Part shown: positions 1 to 8,661 of the stretch, in pieces
Layout: every line of letters begins with the position of its first letter
How positions within the stretch are numbered: the first letter of the stretch is position 1
Assembly: GCA_949293335.1 (NCBI GenBank)
Contig: CASFDA010000010.1
Location: 2,567-66,566 of the forward strand
DNA length: 64,000 nt
Origin: an uncultured Spirochaetales bacterium
GTDB taxonomy: Bacteria; Spirochaetota; Spirochaetia; Sphaerochaetales; Sphaerochaetaceae
Reading direction: 5' to 3'
Position numbers and translations under genes: made by a program
Notes under the pieces: model-generated
The model's database searches: none
What the model was told of the DNA's origin: nothing
The model's input: only the letters and a program-made list of their open reading frames with translations

Positions 1-509
1 AATGAATAGTACTCGAAATATTCTTCCGCGATCTCTATGTCCCGTATGATATCTTCCCTTGTCTCTCCCTTCAATCCAAGAAGGATGCATACCCCTGAAA
101 AGTATTTCCTTATGTCCTCAGGCCTGACATCCTCCGCTATTCCTTTCTTCCATCTGGTCCTCAATTTCGGATTGAACGATTCTATTCCTGTCCTGTATTT
201 CACGAGAGAGTGGAAATTCTCTGAAAATGAGCTGAGCATGTTCCTGTACATGTAATGGCATTCAAGCCAGAGTGTTGAGATGGCCTTTCTTTCCAGTACC
301 TGTGAAATGTACTGGATAGTCTCCCTATCAAGTTCCATAGCTGAACCTGAGTTGATGACATCAAGCGTTCCGAATTCGCCAGTGACAAGATCCAGTATTT
401 CCTTGTTGACCTTGAATGGATCAGTGGATGTGTCCTTGTGGTAGTCACAGAAAGTACATTTTCCCCATCTGCATCCAGTTCCCTGGAGTAGGATGAATTC
501 TCTCTTCAT
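1..509 (-). CDS. radical SAM-like protein, N-terminal 169 codons (gene continues beyond the left edge)
   Basis: Hand translation of the minus strand from ATG at 509 stays open to base 3. It is absent from the ORF track because no stop lies in the window. Sequence: MKREEFILLQGTGCRWGKCTFCDYHKD...GIESFNPKLRTRWKKG...LLGLKGETREDI. An N-terminal Cys cluster C-x4-C-x2-C plus GxES and GET..D blocks resemble radical SAM cores. Confidence 0.5.
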   Translation of the reverse strand, partial: MKREFILLQGTGCRWGKCTFCDYHKDTSTDPFKVNKEILDLVTGEFGTLDVINSGSAMELDRETIQYISQVLERKAISTLWLECHYMYRNMLSSFSENFHSLVKYRTGIESFNPKLRTRWKKGIAEDVRPEDIRKYFSGVCILLGLKGETREDIIRDIEIAEEYFEYYS

Positions 510-534
510 CCCACTTTTTATCTTGCTGTAGCGT

Positions 535-1206
535 TCAAGCGACATAGTGCCTCCTTATGTACCCGATCATGAGGTATGCAAGTGGAGTTCCTGCGACTGC
601 TTCTATGATGGCTTTCGTGAAATATTGTACAGCGATCATGGATATGAGGTCGGATGCCGGGGCTGTGTTCCAGAAGGCAAGGACTACAAAAAGGGCAGTG
701 TCGAATATGTATCCGATCAGGGAAGAGGCGATCGTGCGCATCCAGAGTCTTTTCCCGTCTTTCGATCTGTCCCGCATGTATGTGAGCACTTTCGCATTCA
801 TGAGTTCTCCGGATAGAAAGGCGACGAGCGATGAGATGACGATGCGTGGAACGTACGTGAAGATTGTACTGAATGCCTGCTGTGTGTTCTCCATGTACTC
901 AGGATAGGGGAGGAATATTGCTGCAGTAGTGAAGAGTATGAAGAAGAGGTTCGCAAAGAACGTGAGGATTATCACGCGTTTTGCGATACGGTATCCCCAG
1001 ATCTCTGAGAGCACATCCGAAAGCATGTAGGCGAGAGGGAATGTGATCGTGCCTGCATCAAACAGGGAGAAGGATCCTATGCTTATGATCTTTACAGCAA
1101 GCACATTTGACGTGATGTAGAGCGTTGAAAGCAGAGTAGAGACGACGAGAAGCGGTGAAAAGCTTCCAATCCGGTTTTCTGAAGGGTTTTCCGGTACCTT
1201 GATCAT
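535..1206 (-). CDS. yhhQ: queuosine precursor transporter, YhhQ/VUT (DUF165) family
   Basis: Multi-TM ORF with the block FDAGTITFPLAYMLSDVLSEIWGY typical of YhhQ/DUF165. Start moved from the track TTG at 1224 to ATG 1206, which sits 7 nt behind an AAGGAG RBS. Confidence 0.8.
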   Translation of the reverse strand: MIKVPENPSENRIGSFSPLLVVSTLLSTLYITSNVLAVKIISIGSFSLFDAGTITFPLAYMLSDVLSEIWGYRIAKRVIILTFFANLFFILFTTAAIFLPYPEYMENTQQAFSTIFTYVPRIVISSLVAFLSGELMNAKVLTYMRDRSKDGKRLWMRTIASSLIGYIFDTALFVVLAFWNTAPASDLISMIAVQYFTKAIIEAVAGTPLAYLMIGYIRRHYVA

Positions 1207-1220
1207 ATGTTTGCTCCTTA

Positions 1221-2489
1221 TCAATAGGGTCTGTTTATTTTATCCAGTTTTGAATAGAGGTATTTCTGTGCCCTCTCTTCTCCTCCAGGCGCATAGAAAC
1301 CGTTCTTCTTCATCTCCAGAAGTTCGTTGTAGAGGTTCAGGAATTCCTTTGCAACGACCCTGCCATCGTATTTCCCGATCGATTTCTTCGCATTCTTTCC
1401 TTTCTCTTCAGCTTCTTCTGGGTTTTTCAGCACATGATCCATGACAGAAGCGAGGGATTCGATATTCCCGCCTTCGAAGTACCATCCCTGATCAGGTGAT
1501 ACAAGATCAGTCATGTTGTCCACATTAGCAGAAATTATCGGAGCCCCTGCACAGAGCGCCTCGATAACTGTCATCGCCTGATTTTCAGAAAGGGATGCTG
1601 TGACGAAAGCCTCGACTCTATTGAGCAATCTCGAACCTATTATCGTCCGGTTTGGAATTAGGCCGGTAAAGAGGATGCTGTCCTCGATCTTCAGTTTCTT
1701 CACAAGCTGCTTAAGTTCCTGTTCGGCAGGGCCTTGCCCAACGATGATCAGTTTTGCATCTTTATTGAATTCCAAAGCTTCCGCAAATGCTTTTATTGTC
1801 ACATCTATCGCCTTCTCGTATCCGAGACGGCCGATATAAAGAAGGGTCTTTTTCCCAAGGAATGACTCTGGAATCGATTCTGGCAGCGGGAGCTCTGGTG
1901 CGTTCTCGTCGAACTTGGAGATATCTATTCCGTTCGAGACATACCGTACTTCCATGCCGGGATTTCTTTCGCTTACTTGCTTGCAAGTGTGCTTGTTTGG
2001 AGCTGTCACCATCCAAGTCAGACGGAAGAAAGGCTTGAATACTACAGTCCAGATTGCATCGGTTGCAGCGTTTGCCAGAAACTGGCTTTTTAGTGCATAA
2101 CGGATATATATCGGATTATCTATCAGCGTGTGATGTGTTGCGATTGTCGGAACATGATAGCGTCTTGCCGCATGATTAAGTGCCATGCCCATCATCCAGG
2201 GAGAGGTATTGTGCACGATATCAAAGTGATATTTCTTGAAGAATTTCTGCAGATACCATCCATAGATTGGAAATAGCTTGAGCCCCTTATAGATCCAGGC
2301 AGGTATGTTCTTTACCCTGATGATCCTTATTCCGTGCTCTATTATCTCATCTCTGAACTCTCTGTTTTCAGGAACGAAGAAGAATACTTCATGTCCCATA
2401 TCGATAAGGTTATTGGCAAGATTAATGGTTGCTGTAATAACACCATTTGTCTCAGGATAGAAGATGTCGAAGCCAAATGCGATCCTCAT
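1221..2489 (-). CDS. glycosyltransferase family 4 (GT-B, group 1)
   Basis: N-terminus MRIAFGFDIFYPETNGV and C-terminal EAFVTASLSENQAMTVIEALCAGAPII (E-x7-E type) are typical of GT4. Start placed at ATG 2489 (MRIAF...); the track start at 2519 is a GTG. The stop overlaps the yhhQ region. Confidence 0.75.
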   Translation of the reverse strand: MRIAFGFDIFYPETNGVITATINLANNLIDMGHEVFFFVPENREFRDEIIEHGIRIIRVKNIPAWIYKGLKLFPIYGWYLQKFFKKYHFDIVHNTSPWMMGMALNHAARRYHVPTIATHHTLIDNPIYIRYALKSQFLANAATDAIWTVVFKPFFRLTWMVTAPNKHTCKQVSERNPGMEVRYVSNGIDISKFDENAPELPLPESIPESFLGKKTLLYIGRLGYEKAIDVTIKAFAEALEFNKDAKLIIVGQGPAEQELKQLVKKLKIEDSILFTGLIPNRTIIGSRLLNRVEAFVTASLSENQAMTVIEALCAGAPIISANVDNMTDLVSPDQGWYFEGGNIESLASVMDHVLKNPEEAEEKGKNAKKSIGKYDGRVVAKEFLNLYNELLEMKKNGFYAPGGEERAQKYLYSKLDKINRPY

Positions 2490-2590
2490 CTTGTCAAAGC
2501 CCCTAAAAATATTAAACACCCGGCTTTCACAAAAGTTACTTCATTACCGCGGTGAAACAAAGAGCGAATAGGCAATCCTATTCGCTCTAG

Positions 2591-2663
2591 TCGGGCAGAG
2601 AGGATTTGAACCTCCGGCCTTCTGGTCCCGAACCAGACGCGCTAGCCCCTGCGCTACTGCCCG
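2591..2663 (-). tRNA. tRNA-Pro (anticodon CGG)
   Basis: Reverse complement folds as a cloverleaf: CGGGCAG TA GCGC AGGGGCTA GCGC G TCTGG TTCGGGA CCAGA AGGCC GGAGG TTCAAAT CCTCT CTGCCCG A. Acceptor, D, anticodon and T stems all pair. CCA is not encoded. Confidence 0.9.
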
Positions 2664-2745
2664 TTTTGCACTTCTACAAATATAGCGGGAAGAGGGAATG
2701 TTGTCTATGGGGTACGAGTGAAACAAGCTGTTTCCATACTATTCA

Positions 2746-2774
2746 TTGACGCCTTGAAAAAGGCATTCTAGACT
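2746..2774 (+). promoter_or_regulatory. putative sigma70-type promoter of hppA
   Basis: TTGACG (2746-2751), 17-nt spacer, TAGACT (2769-2774), about 20 nt upstream of a GGAG RBS and ATG 2796. Confidence 0.35.
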
Positions 2775-2795
2775 GAAAATGAGGTATTTGGAGCT

Positions 2796-4874
2796 ATGCG
2801 CGAAAATCTCAATCTTTTCTTTATCCTATCGTTCATCTCTGTTGCAATAGCTTTTGCATTTGCTTTTTATCTTTACTCGTGGGTGAAGAAAGCGAGGGTT
2901 GGGAACTCACGGATAGAAGAGGTCTCCATCCTTATAAAGGATGGAGCAAATACGTTCATGAGGAGAGAATACAAGATCCTCTTTACTTTTGCGTTCATCG
3001 TAGCTGCAATCATATTTTTCTTCCTCCCACATCCTTTCTGGATCGGAAATATAAAGAATAACCTCATGATGGCAGTCTCCTATCTCTGTGGTACTTTCTT
3101 TTCTGCTGTTGCCGGGAAAATAGGGGTAATGGTTGCGACGATGTCGAACGGAAGGGTTGCAGAGAGTGCAAAAGAGGGGATAAGGCCTGCTTTCCTCCTT
3201 GGATTCAGAGGTGGCTCCGTAATGGGGCTCCTGGTTGTTGGCTGCTCGCTTCTTGGAATTACTCTGATACTTATTGTCACCGGTGATTCTTCGATCGTGC
3301 TTAGTTTCTCGTTCGGGGCGAGCTCCCTGGCACTTTTTGCGAAAGCAGGAGGGGGGATCTTCACAAAGACGGCAGATGTCGCAGCGGATCTTACAGGAAA
3401 GGTGGAGCTTGGAATCGCGGAGGACGATCCGAGGAATCCTGCCGTTATTGCGGACAATGTAGGGGATAACGTAGGAGATGTTGCAGGAATGGGTGCAGAC
3501 CTCTTTGATTCCAATGTCGCAGCCATGGCATCTGCACTTGTGATTGCATCTAGTCTGGCGGATACGGGACTGAACAATATTTCAATGGTCCTCTGCTATT
3601 CAGTCCTCGGCCTTCTTTCTTCAGTTCTTGGCATCATGTCAGCCAGGATCGGAAAGAATGGAAATCCTACTAAGGCACTCAACTCGTCCACATATACAAC
3701 AACCTTGATATTCCTTGTCCTCACTGCTATTGCGACATATATTCTTCCTGGATTCTCATGGCGCATATGGGGTTCATCTGCTGTCGGACTTCTTGTCGGA
3801 GTGATCATCGGGATAACTACAGACTATTTCACTGATGATTCATGTCCTATCGTGCAGAAGGTCGCGTCAGCTTCATCCAGAGGATCTGCGTTCACAATCC
3901 TTTCTGGCGTATCATATGGATTTATTTCCGCTCTTCCTGCGATGGCGGGAATCGCGATTTCCGCACTTGTTGCCTATAAGTTATCAGAACCAATAGGAGA
4001 GGGATATGCGATTTTCGGAATTGCGATGGCTGCAGTTGGAATGCTCAGCATTGTCGGCATGATCATCTCAAACGACGCGTACGGTCCTATTGTGGATAAT
4101 GCAAGGGGTCTGGCGGAAATGGGAGGTCTCGGAGAAGAGACTATAAAAGTTGCAGATGAGCTCGATAGTGCAGGCAATACTGTAAAGGCTGTGACGAAAG
4201 GATTTTCCATCGGTGCTGCCGGACTGACTGTGATTTCGCTCCTTGGCGCATTCCTTTCAGAGGTGAATGCCGTACTTGAAAGCGCTGGCCTTGATATCAT
4301 CACAGGGTTTGACATAATGGATCCTGTTGTCTTTTTCGGCGTGCTCGTAGGTGCGTCAGTTCCCGCTGTCTTCTCATCTCTTCTGATTCTTGGCGTTGAC
4401 AGGAATGCAGAGCGCATGGTTGATGAGATACACAGGCAGTTTGAGACAGTCAAGGGACTCAAGGAAGGACAAGTTTCCCCTGATTATGAGAGGTGCATAG
4501 ACATCGCCACGATTGGGGCATTGAGGGAACTTGTTCCTGCAGGGCTCTTTGCGATCTTCATGACATTGGTTGTAGGGTTTATCGGAGGGGCAGAGGCAAT
4601 AGGAGGATTCCTTCTTGGCAACATCGTAAGTGGTCTCCTCCTCGCGCTCTTCATGTCCAATTCCGGCGGGCTCTGGGACAATTCGAAGAAGTATATCGAA
4701 AGTGGTAAAGAGGGAGGAAAAGGCAGCAATGCACATAAGGCTGCTGTGATCGGAGACACGGTAGGTGATCCATTCAAGGATACAGCAGGGCCGTCGATCA
4801 ATACCCAGATAACTGTCGTTTCCCTTGTCTCTTCCCTCTCTGCATCCTTGTTTGTCTTCTTCTCAATATTCTAG
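2796..4874 (+). CDS. hppA: K+-insensitive pyrophosphate-energized proton pump (membrane H+-PPase)
   Basis: 692 aa, highly hydrophobic. Diagnostic motifs are GGGIFTKTADVAADLTGKVE, DNVGDNVGDVAGMGADLFDS and GDTVGDPFKDTAGPSIN. The segment GNTVKAVTKG carries Lys and Thr where K+-dependent pumps have Ala and Gly. Confidence 0.95.
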   Translation: MRENLNLFFILSFISVAIAFAFAFYLYSWVKKARVGNSRIEEVSILIKDGANTFMRREYKILFTFAFIVAAIIFFFLPHPFWIGNIKNNLMMAVSYLCGTFFSAVAGKIGVMVATMSNGRVAESAKEGIRPAFLLGFRGGSVMGLLVVGCSLLGITLILIVTGDSSIVLSFSFGASSLALFAKAGGGIFTKTADVAADLTGKVELGIAEDDPRNPAVIADNVGDNVGDVAGMGADLFDSNVAAMASALVIASSLADTGLNNISMVLCYSVLGLLSSVLGIMSARIGKNGNPTKALNSSTYTTTLIFLVLTAIATYILPGFSWRIWGSSAVGLLVGVIIGITTDYFTDDSCPIVQKVASASSRGSAFTILSGVSYGFISALPAMAGIAISALVAYKLSEPIGEGYAIFGIAMAAVGMLSIVGMIISNDAYGPIVDNARGLAEMGGLGEETIKVADELDSAGNTVKAVTKGFSIGAAGLTVISLLGAFLSEVNAVLESAGLDIITGFDIMDPVVFFGVLVGASVPAVFSSLLILGVDRNAERMVDEIHRQFETVKGLKEGQVSPDYERCIDIATIGALRELVPAGLFAIFMTLVVGFIGGAEAIGGFLLGNIVSGLLLALFMSNSGGLWDNSKKYIESGKEGGKGSNAHKAAVIGDTVGDPFKDTAGPSINTQITVVSLVSSLSASLFVFFSIF

Positions 4875-6628
4875 ATTATCGTGTATTTCAGGCCTATCAT
4901 GGATTGTATCCTCGGCCTGAATACACCCCCTTCATTGTGGTAGTTCCAGATGAAGAATGAAGCAGTTTCCACCTTGAGTTCAAGAGATGGGAGGATCTTG
5001 TACTTCCCTCCGAGATTGATTCTCAGCGTATGCTCTGGTGTTCCTGTCGGAGTATTGTAGTTGTAAGATTCTCCTGCTCCTAGTCTGTTGCTTGAGTTCT
5101 GCTTACTCCAGTAGGACCGTTCCATTCCTTTTTCGCCATGGACTTTGTAGAGGATGCTTCCCGCGACAGTCCAGTTGCTGTCCATGCTTGTGAAAGTTGT
5201 ACCGACTGCAATACCGATCGAATCCGGACCAAAACTATGTCCTGTGTAGCTTACTTCTGATGCTCCGTTTCCCTCATAGCCATAACCAAGGATGAAGTCA
5301 TAGAAGTAATTACGTGAGCCGTCATTTGAGTTTCGTTTTTCATTGAGATAAAGGTACGGATTTGTATAGACGAACTCGATCCAGGAGTCAAGGTATCCAG
5401 CCTCCCCGATTGTACTTGTGTTCTTGAAGTTCAGCATCGCACCGAACGCGTTTGGAACTTCGTCGCCGACTTCACCCGGAACATGCATCTGGTCAAGAAC
5501 GAACTGGAAGGAGAAGAACCACCCTTTTGCCATTGCCCATTCAAGTTCAAGACTGATGATGTTGTTTCCCTCATCTCCATCGGTAATGACGACACCAGCC
5601 TTGTTATTTCCCCAGTTGTGCACGACCATCAAAGGTGTGAGCATCCTCCAGTCGAATGGACTATCTGTAACGAAGAGGCCACCCATATTGAAAGTAAGGC
5701 GCACCTTGTTCACTATATTGAAGTCAATGCGATGTATGATTCTTGACTGGTGGGGACCATTGAACTGGAATCCTGTATTATGGCCAGGTGAAACATTGTC
5801 AAAATGCGTAAAAGAAAGGTAGTAGGAAAAGACATCAGAAAAGACAGAGAAGAGCATCATGTCCTGATAGCTGAAATTGTCTCCCAGTATCATGTTCCCG
5901 AGAATTCCATTACCGAACTCCTGCCGATGCCTCCCGATATAGAAGTTGACTATATCATTTCCCAAAGATAACCCTACCTTGAACGGCTGGTACACGTTCA
6001 TCTGGAATACATGGTCGTTCGCCATGAAATTCAAGAAATACCAATCTCCGTCGAGTCCGGGCGCTCCTAGGAGGCTGAAGTTCGTGAAGTAGTAGAAGAG
6101 ATCCCCTCTCCTCTGCTTCCCGTCATCTCCAAGTGCAAGGCCTACTGGTGCATCCTTGAGCATGTACTGGAAATCAAGATAGGCAACGTCTGAAAAGAAC
6201 ATGTGGAGTTCTGCCGAAAGGAATGCCTCCCTGTCCCTGTATGGAATGAAGAACTCATCCATGTAGGTTCCTTTCGTGTCATTATACGCGTAGAACTCTG
6301 GTGCGAGTATGATGGATGGATCGACTTCGAATATCCCTTTTTCATATGAATATCCGTCACTTTCTTCGAGAAGCTTCATGATATTGTCGTATTCATTTCT
6401 TTCCTGTTCGGAAAGAGAATTGTAATCAAGACGGAGCAGGGCGTTTCTTATCTCAGCTCCTGTAGTAGGGGATACCGGAGAAGGTCCGAGGTGCCCTGTT
6501 GCCATACAAAGTCTGTTCGTCCTGCTCCATACTTCATCATCCATCGTATAGGTCTTTCTCATATTGCTTGCAAATAGAGAAATAGCGGTAAAAGCAAAAA
6601 TTAAAAGTACTCCCAAAATTCTTTTCAT
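4871..6628 (-). CDS. predicted outer-membrane beta-barrel protein (possibly Wzi-like), paralogue 1
   Basis: 585 aa with signal peptide MKRILGVLLIFAFTAISLFA. The body is rich in Y/F/G/N with an alternating pattern, and the C-terminus is ...IGLKYTII. Shares blocks with 6721..8400 (GNGILGNMILGD vs GNGVMGNMMLGD; EFVYTNPYLY vs EFVYTSPFIY). Confidence 0.55.
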   Translation of the reverse strand: MKRILGVLLIFAFTAISLFASNMRKTYTMDDEVWSRTNRLCMATGHLGPSPVSPTTGAEIRNALLRLDYNSLSEQERNEYDNIMKLLEESDGYSYEKGIFEVDPSIILAPEFYAYNDTKGTYMDEFFIPYRDREAFLSAELHMFFSDVAYLDFQYMLKDAPVGLALGDDGKQRRGDLFYYFTNFSLLGAPGLDGDWYFLNFMANDHVFQMNVYQPFKVGLSLGNDIVNFYIGRHRQEFGNGILGNMILGDNFSYQDMMLFSVFSDVFSYYLSFTHFDNVSPGHNTGFQFNGPHQSRIIHRIDFNIVNKVRLTFNMGGLFVTDSPFDWRMLTPLMVVHNWGNNKAGVVITDGDEGNNIISLELEWAMAKGWFFSFQFVLDQMHVPGEVGDEVPNAFGAMLNFKNTSTIGEAGYLDSWIEFVYTNPYLYLNEKRNSNDGSRNYFYDFILGYGYEGNGASEVSYTGHSFGPDSIGIAVGTTFTSMDSNWTVAGSILYKVHGEKGMERSYWSKQNSSNRLGAGESYNYNTPTGTPEHTLRINLGGKYKILPSLELKVETASFFIWNYHNEGGVFRPRIQSMIGLKYTII

Positions 6629-6720
6629 ATATTTCCGTTTAACACAAAAGCAACAAGATTTGCTACTCTATATCCCTGATTTTCTATCTACTAATTGAAA
6701 AACATGCTACCCTCTGAGTC

Positions 6721-8400
6721 ATGAATGTGCGTCTAGTTCGAAAACTCATTGTTCTTTTCTTGTTTTTAGCTGTTTCTTCTTCTCTTTTCTCGGCATCGCT
6801 GAGAATTTTCGATATGGATCATCCTGTCTATGACGATATGGATGCGCTCTATCTTGTGGAAGGAAAAGCTGTCCCTTTGGGAATAAGGCCCTGGAGTGAA
6901 ATCGATGTGAAGCATCTTTTGGAGTGGATAGAAATAAATACGGAAGAGGGAAGGGCAATAGCAGATAGGATCCGTTCCTACTTGCTTGATGAGACGAAGG
7001 ATTTCAACTGGAAATTCTCTATAAATCTGACACCTTCGATGTATGCGCATTCTAATTCTGATTTTAATAAGGCCGAAGATGTCTTTTACGATGAGGATAT
7101 CCTCAACAGATCACTCTTGGATCTTTCTCTGGAGATGACATACAAAGAGTATGTGGCTGCTTTCATGGACTTCTCGCTCGGCCTTAATTTCGCGGATGTC
7201 ACTAATGGCTCAAAGTTGAATGAGTATGACATGAGGTATAACAAGTTCTTTGGAATGAACATACCATTCATTTCAGAAGGGGGCATAAGCCTCAATTTCC
7301 CGGACCGTACTTACCTTGCCGCAGGATTTGATGCTTTCCGTGTAGTACTTGCACGGGATCGTCTCTCTTGGGGAAATGGCGTAATGGGTAATATGATGCT
7401 TGGAGATACTCTTCCTTATCATGATTACCTATCGCTTACATTCACTGGCAACAGGAACTTTTCATATCAGATGCTCATTTCGTTCTTCACTCATTCTGCA
7501 AATGAAGGAAAAGGCGATAGGGATCCTCTCGAGGGTATCAGGTTCTTCTTGGGACATCGTTTCGAGTTCAGCTTCTGGGAAGGAAAGATAACAGCGGCGA
7601 TAAATGAGTCAATTATGTATCAGGCGAAAAATGGATACCTCGATCCGAGAGTCCTCAATCCTCTGATGTTCCTCCATGACCTTTATATTGCAGGGAATGC
7701 CAACTCTCTGCTGACAGTAGAACTTGAGTATGCTCCTGTAAGAAATTTCAGTATATATGCACAGGCTGCGATCGATGATCTGGCAGTCGGGGAGGCCCGC
7801 CCGGGAGAAGTAGGCGCATCTTCCGACGGGTGGGGTGTGATGGCCGGGCTCAGGTTCACTGTTCCGATGGAAAAGGGAAACTATATGTTCGGCAATTTTG
7901 AGTTTGTCTACACGTCTCCATTTATCTATCACAGGGCACTAGACGGGAAAAGTGATGACCTTTATTACGTTTCCTCAATACGTTATATAGCGAACAGCAA
8001 AGTCAATTTCATATCACGTTATCTTTCATTCCGTTTCGGTTCAGATGCAATTGCAGCCCTTTTCCGTTTTGGCTATGAAGATATTGATCTCTTCAGGATT
8101 GAAGGAAATGCATTCTTCATGGTCCATGGAATCATAGATATGTTCAGCAAGACCGATTATTATTCAGAAGATTCAGGAAGTCCGGAGAACACGCCGAGCG
8201 GACAGAATCCATTTGACAAGACTGAAAGTGGCGTTCCTGAGTATACGTTTGCTATCGGTGCTGATGGCGAGATAGATATTACAAGCTACCTTTCTCTTGA
8301 TACATCATGCTATCTTGTATCTGTCTGGAACAAAGACAATATAGAGAGTCCGGTTAAACTTGATGTCCAGTTCTCTCTTGGCCTACGACTCTATTACTAA
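6721..8400 (+). CDS. predicted outer-membrane beta-barrel protein (possibly Wzi-like), paralogue 2
   Basis: 559 aa with signal peptide LIVLFLFLAVSSSLFSA. N-terminal block HPVYDDMDALYLVEGKAVPLGIRPWSEIDVKHLL. C-terminus ...SLGLRLYY ends in an aromatic residue, as in OM barrels. Paralogous to 4871..6628. Confidence 0.55.
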   Translation: MNVRLVRKLIVLFLFLAVSSSLFSASLRIFDMDHPVYDDMDALYLVEGKAVPLGIRPWSEIDVKHLLEWIEINTEEGRAIADRIRSYLLDETKDFNWKFSINLTPSMYAHSNSDFNKAEDVFYDEDILNRSLLDLSLEMTYKEYVAAFMDFSLGLNFADVTNGSKLNEYDMRYNKFFGMNIPFISEGGISLNFPDRTYLAAGFDAFRVVLARDRLSWGNGVMGNMMLGDTLPYHDYLSLTFTGNRNFSYQMLISFFTHSANEGKGDRDPLEGIRFFLGHRFEFSFWEGKITAAINESIMYQAKNGYLDPRVLNPLMFLHDLYIAGNANSLLTVELEYAPVRNFSIYAQAAIDDLAVGEARPGEVGASSDGWGVMAGLRFTVPMEKGNYMFGNFEFVYTSPFIYHRALDGKSDDLYYVSSIRYIANSKVNFISRYLSFRFGSDAIAALFRFGYEDIDLFRIEGNAFFMVHGIIDMFSKTDYYSEDSGSPENTPSGQNPFDKTESGVPEYTFAIGADGEIDITSYLSLDTSCYLVSVWNKDNIESPVKLDVQFSLGLRLYY

Positions 8401-8661
8401 ATTGAGATGTATCGGACCAAGATAGTCTTGATTTCTGTCTCTATTTTCCCTTGAAACTTTGATCCGTTTGGTTCATGGCGACCTGGATAAGGCATGGATG
8501 ACAAGAGAATTTGACATGATTATTAGTTACTTGTGCTGGTAATTCAAAAACGCCAAGTGAAAGATCTTGATGAACTGAGCAGCTAGAAATCGAATCTTAT
8601 AAACTACGGTATTTTCAATTTAAACTTGAAATCTCCGTACTTAATCTTATATATTGAATTT

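Noticed and set aside
1207-1224. preQ1 riboswitch upstream of the YhhQ transporter gene
   Set aside because: There is no intergenic space, because the gene abuts the stop of the GT4 gene. No leader capable of forming a riboswitch is present.
3080-3577. 165-aa antisense ORF inside hppA, plus similar ones at 3974..4462 and 4374..4801
   Set aside because: These lie entirely within a very well supported coding region on the other strand and have low-complexity Ser/Pro/Ala-rich translations. They are typical shadow ORFs.
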